Both the position numbers and the translations under genes were made by a program. The notes below the pieces were generated by a model. It was given only the letters and a program-made list of their open reading frames with translations, was not told the origin of the DNA and searched no databases. A DNA stretch of 64,000 nt from an uncultured Bacteroidales bacterium (GTDB lineage: Bacteria; Bacteroidota; Bacteroidia; Bacteroidales; PUMT01): assembly GCA_964520585.1 (NCBI GenBank), contig CAZFOO010000002.1, positions 9,672 through 73,671 on the forward strand, read 5' to 3'. Every line of letters begins with the position of its first letter. The stretch's first letter is position 1. Below, piece after piece: positions 60,976-64,000 of this stretch.

Positions 60976-61992
60976 CTATATTACTCCGGAAAACTGGTTC
61001 AGGAATCTGACATCATTTTCAAAATACATTCTTATATCTTTAATATCATATTTTAAAAGAGCTATTCTTTCGATTCCTAGGCCAAATGCAAAACCTGTAT
61101 ATTTCAACGGATCAATTTTACATTCTTTTAAAACATTAGGATCTACCATTCCACAACCTAACACTTCAAGCCATCCTGTATTTTTACATAATTTGCAGCC
61201 TGCACCCTTACAGCTGCAGGAAACATCCATTTCCCCGGATGGTTCGGTAAAGGGAAAAAATGACGGGCGGAGTCTGATTTTAGTATCTTCACCGAAAAGC
61301 TCCTTTGCGAAGTATTCAAGTGTCTGTTTGAGATCAGCAAATGAAACGTTTTCATCTACATACAGGCCTTCAATTTGATGAAAAATACAATGTGATCTTG
61401 CTGAAATCGCTTCATTTCTGAAAACTCTTCCCGGAGATATGGTTCGGATTGGCGGTTTCGTGTTTTCCATCACTCTTACTTGAACTGATGATGTGTGTGT
61501 CCTGAGAAGTATATCGGGATCTTTTGAAATAAAAAAAGTATCCTGCATATCTCTTGCCGGATGTTCCGGGGGAAAATTAAGAGCCGAAAATACATGCCAG
61601 TCATCCTCAATTTCTGGTCCTTCGGAGATAGTAAAACCAATTTTGCTGAAAATATCAATTATCTCCTTTCTTACCAGTGATATAGGATGTCTGCTTCCTT
61701 GCTGGATAGTATATGAAGGAAGAGTCAAATCCAAATCGCCGATATGTTTATTATCAGTCGATAATTGCCTATTGGTTATCAAGATTTTTTCCTGTACTGA
61801 ATTCTTCAGTTCATTAAGCGATTTCCCTGTAGATTTTTTTTCTGGGGGAGGTAATTTTTTAAATTCTTCGAATAATTTGTTGATAATACCTTTTTTACCC
61901 AGAAAATCAATTCTGAATTGTTCCAGTTCTGATGTATTTTGAGGTGAAGCTTCTTTTACTTCTTTTAGCGCCTGATCAATTTTTTCTTTCAT
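60976..61992 (-). CDS. pheS: Phenylalanine--tRNA ligase alpha subunit
   Basis: Class II aaRS motifs ([29 protein letters not shown]). Confidence 0.9.
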   Translation of the reverse strand: MKEKIDQALKEVKEASPQNTSELEQFRIDFLGKKGIINKLFEEFKKLPPPEKKSTGKSLNELKNSVQEKILITNRQLSTDNKHIGDLDLTLPSYTIQQGSRHPISLVRKEIIDIFSKIGFTISEGPEIEDDWHVFSALNFPPEHPARDMQDTFFISKDPDILLRTHTSSVQVRVMENTKPPIRTISPGRVFRNEAISARSHCIFHQIEGLYVDENVSFADLKQTLEYFAKELFGEDTKIRLRPSFFPFTEPSGEMDVSCSCKGAGCKLCKNTGWLEVLGCGMVDPNVLKECKIDPLKYTGFAFGLGIERIALLKYDIKDIRMYFENDVRFLNQFSGVI

Positions 61993-62026
61993 ATCCTGTT
62001 ATGATACAATAATAAAAAAATTCAAA

Positions 62027-62833
62027 TTAAAGAATTACTATTTTCATTTTAATGTCCTCTATCGGTCTGTCTGATGAATCTGTTTGTTGAGAAGCAATTG
62101 CATCAATGACATCAAAACCATTTATAGTTTCTCCAAAAACAGTATATGATCCGTCCAGATGCGGTGTGCCTCCATTTTCAGTGTATGCGTCTCTTTGTTG
62201 TTCTGAAAATTTAAAAATATCCGGGGTTTTGGAATCTTCTGTTATTATTTCAGCAGCTTGCCTGGAAATTTCATTGTAATCAGGAGCTATGTTATCGTTT
62301 AGATACTTTTTTTCAAGATCTCTGAAAATTTCTGAATAACGTTGCTGTTTAATATTGTTATTAATTTTTAATTCAAGGTCATCTAGCTCTTGCATTGTAA
62401 ACACTGTACCTTTAACTATATAAAATTGTGAGCCTGATGATTCTTTTTCTGGATTAACATTATCACCCAAACGGGCTGCTGCAAGTGCTCCTTTTTTATG
62501 AAAAAGATCAGCATTAATTTCAGCCGGGATTTTGTAACCCGGACCACCTGATCCCAATTGCGTTTTAAGTCCGGGTTTTTTTGAATCCGGATCTCCTCCC
62601 TGGATCATAAAATCATTTATAACTCTATGGAGCAACTGATCATCATAAAAGCCTTCATTAATAAGGGTTATAAAATTATCGCGATGTAAAGGTGTTTCAT
62701 CATAAAGTTTAATATCAATATTTCCTAATGAGGTTTCTATACGGACCATCACGTTATCTTTTTCTGAATTGGTTTTTTTGCCTGTACATGCTATCATAAT
62801 TATTGCAAGTATTGTCAGATAAATTTTTAGCAT
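62027..62833 (-). CDS. Cyclophilin-type peptidyl-prolyl isomerase, lipoprotein, with an internal insert
   Basis: Lipobox IMIACT, HRVINDFMIQGGDP, SQFYIV and LDGSYTVFGE. A helical insert of about 70 aa lies between the core strands. Confidence 0.8.
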   Translation of the reverse strand: MLKIYLTILAIIMIACTGKKTNSEKDNVMVRIETSLGNIDIKLYDETPLHRDNFITLINEGFYDDQLLHRVINDFMIQGGDPDSKKPGLKTQLGSGGPGYKIPAEINADLFHKKGALAAARLGDNVNPEKESSGSQFYIVKGTVFTMQELDDLELKINNNIKQQRYSEIFRDLEKKYLNDNIAPDYNEISRQAAEIITEDSKTPDIFKFSEQQRDAYTENGGTPHLDGSYTVFGETINGFDVIDAIASQQTDSSDRPIEDIKMKIVIL

Positions 62834-63826
62834 TTGACAATGGATTAAATTTTGATATATATTATACCTGTTTTCGTATAATGGGTATTGTTAAATGTAT
62901 CAAAAATGCCATGAAAATACTGAAATAAAGTGGTCTTTAATATTATGCAAACCTACATAAAAAATCCATATTGTTATAATGGTTTTATATATTGTTACGT
63001 TGTATCAAATTTCTAAATATATGTTTTATTTTAAACAAATACTGATAGTTGACAATAAAGCCAAATATGTAGATAATAACAATTTGAACTTTAAAACCGG
63101 TATAGACAACCTGTGAAAAGGAATATAGTTATTATTTTTTGCATATGAGTTTATGCAAAACATTTGTATTCATAAAAGGTCGGACTTGTTTTAAATAGTG
63201 ACGATGCTAAATGACTTGCATATATAGGAGTTAACCGTGCACTTGAAGAAAATGAAATTCCCATTGATTAAATTAATGGAACATCCATCAAAAACAGCCT
63301 ATTCTGAATATTTCCGTCTGAATTCTTATTCAAGTATTGGTTTAGTCCGTGATATAGTATTAATGACACGTTCTTCTTTAATAATTAAAGTGCAGCGTTA
63401 CTTAATTCTACTGGTTATCTACCAATTCTCCCTGGCAAAACGTTGTTTCTTAAAAATTTTGTGCTACAAGCTTTGCCGGTGGGATGGTGATTATTCCTAT
63501 TTTACGTTTAAGAGAACAGTTTCAATTAATATTAGAGGCCTATATTTTTCAACCCTATGAAAAGATTTGTTCCGATGCGTTAAACAGGCCCCTCTGTATG
63601 CATATTTTAAGCCCCGTTATTTTATTGTAAGTGCTTCCTTGGTTTATCATACGGCTTTGGGACCTGCTTCACATGGCCTTAATTATTATGATAAAAGCGG
63701 TAGAAATTTTATTTTTATTTAATTACATGTATCTTATTTTTAACCAAAAAGCTTTGTATTAATGAATACCTGTAAGTTTATTTTATATTTATCTTTCATG
63801 TTTATATCTTTCCGGTTTAATTCAAT

Positions 63827-64000
63827 ATGAATTTAGTTATGCTGTTCAACGAGCGATTTAAGGGATTAAAAGATATTATTACAGGTAAATTTTCCGGCTA
63901 TTTTTCTATTGCCGGGAATACTGTTTTATTTATTTTAAAAATGTGGGCAGGTGTTGTTACTGGTTCAGTTGCTCTCATTGCCGATGCATGGCATACACTT
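63827..64000 (+). CDS. Cation diffusion facilitator family transporter, 5' fragment (runs off the window)
   Basis: Hand translation: MNLVMLFNERFKGLKDIITGKFSGYFSIAGNTVLFILKMWAGVVTGSVALIADAWHTL. SVALIADAWH is the CDF TM2 signature context. Confidence 0.65.
   Translation, partial: MNLVMLFNERFKGLKDIITGKFSGYFSIAGNTVLFILKMWAGVVTGSVALIADAWHTL

Noticed and set aside
63237-63560. 107-aa ORF in the 1-kb gap
   Set aside because: GTG start, no motif, and composition typical of translated AT-rich non-coding DNA. Kept only as part of the gap finding.

Overview
About 64 kb of chromosomal, mostly housekeeping DNA. Gene content suggests a low-GC Bacteroidota-type genome: sdh/frdCAB with a Bacteroidetes-style cytochrome b, a PorT-like beta-barrel, LapA, many lipoproteins, and a TTTG / TAnnTTTG promoter upstream of dxs. 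I support about 50 protein genes. They cover TCA and respiration (sdhCAB, fumC), translation (prfB with its programmed +1 frameshift, prmC, pheS), DNA metabolism (dnaG, ruvB, recX), the MEP pathway (dxs, ispD), riboflavin (ribD), fucose use (fucI, fucP, an FGGY kinase), peptidases, and the edge of a polysaccharide locus. There is also one tRNA-Leu(CAA) and a few hairpin terminators. I see no CRISPR array, transposase or integrase, prophage, rRNA or recognisable defence system. Three things are not explained by ordinary annotation. (1) A modular intergenic repeat family has five copies (about 160-290, 8241-8578, 40245-40598, 50121-50250, and 57441-57560 inverted). All copies lie in 5' promoter-type gaps. 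They include a 55-nt perfect identity between two copies and a 65-nt module that is present or absent between AAATT direct repeats. (2) An envelope gene string on the minus strand (lgt, TolC-like, membrane-fusion-like, two unknown envelope proteins) lies upstream of a 1033-aa ABCG/ABC-2-like transporter. That transporter has a roughly 285-aa non-ABC N-terminal module and a roughly 230-aa insert before its last TM helix. (3) Several oddities are unexplained: a 412-bp strand-asymmetric spacer inside the sdh operon, a dusB whose conserved N-terminus has no canonical start codon, and two ORF-free AT-rich gaps of about 1 kb. None of these is demonstrated to be a new system from sequence alone. All homology calls rest on motif recognition by eye, not on searches.
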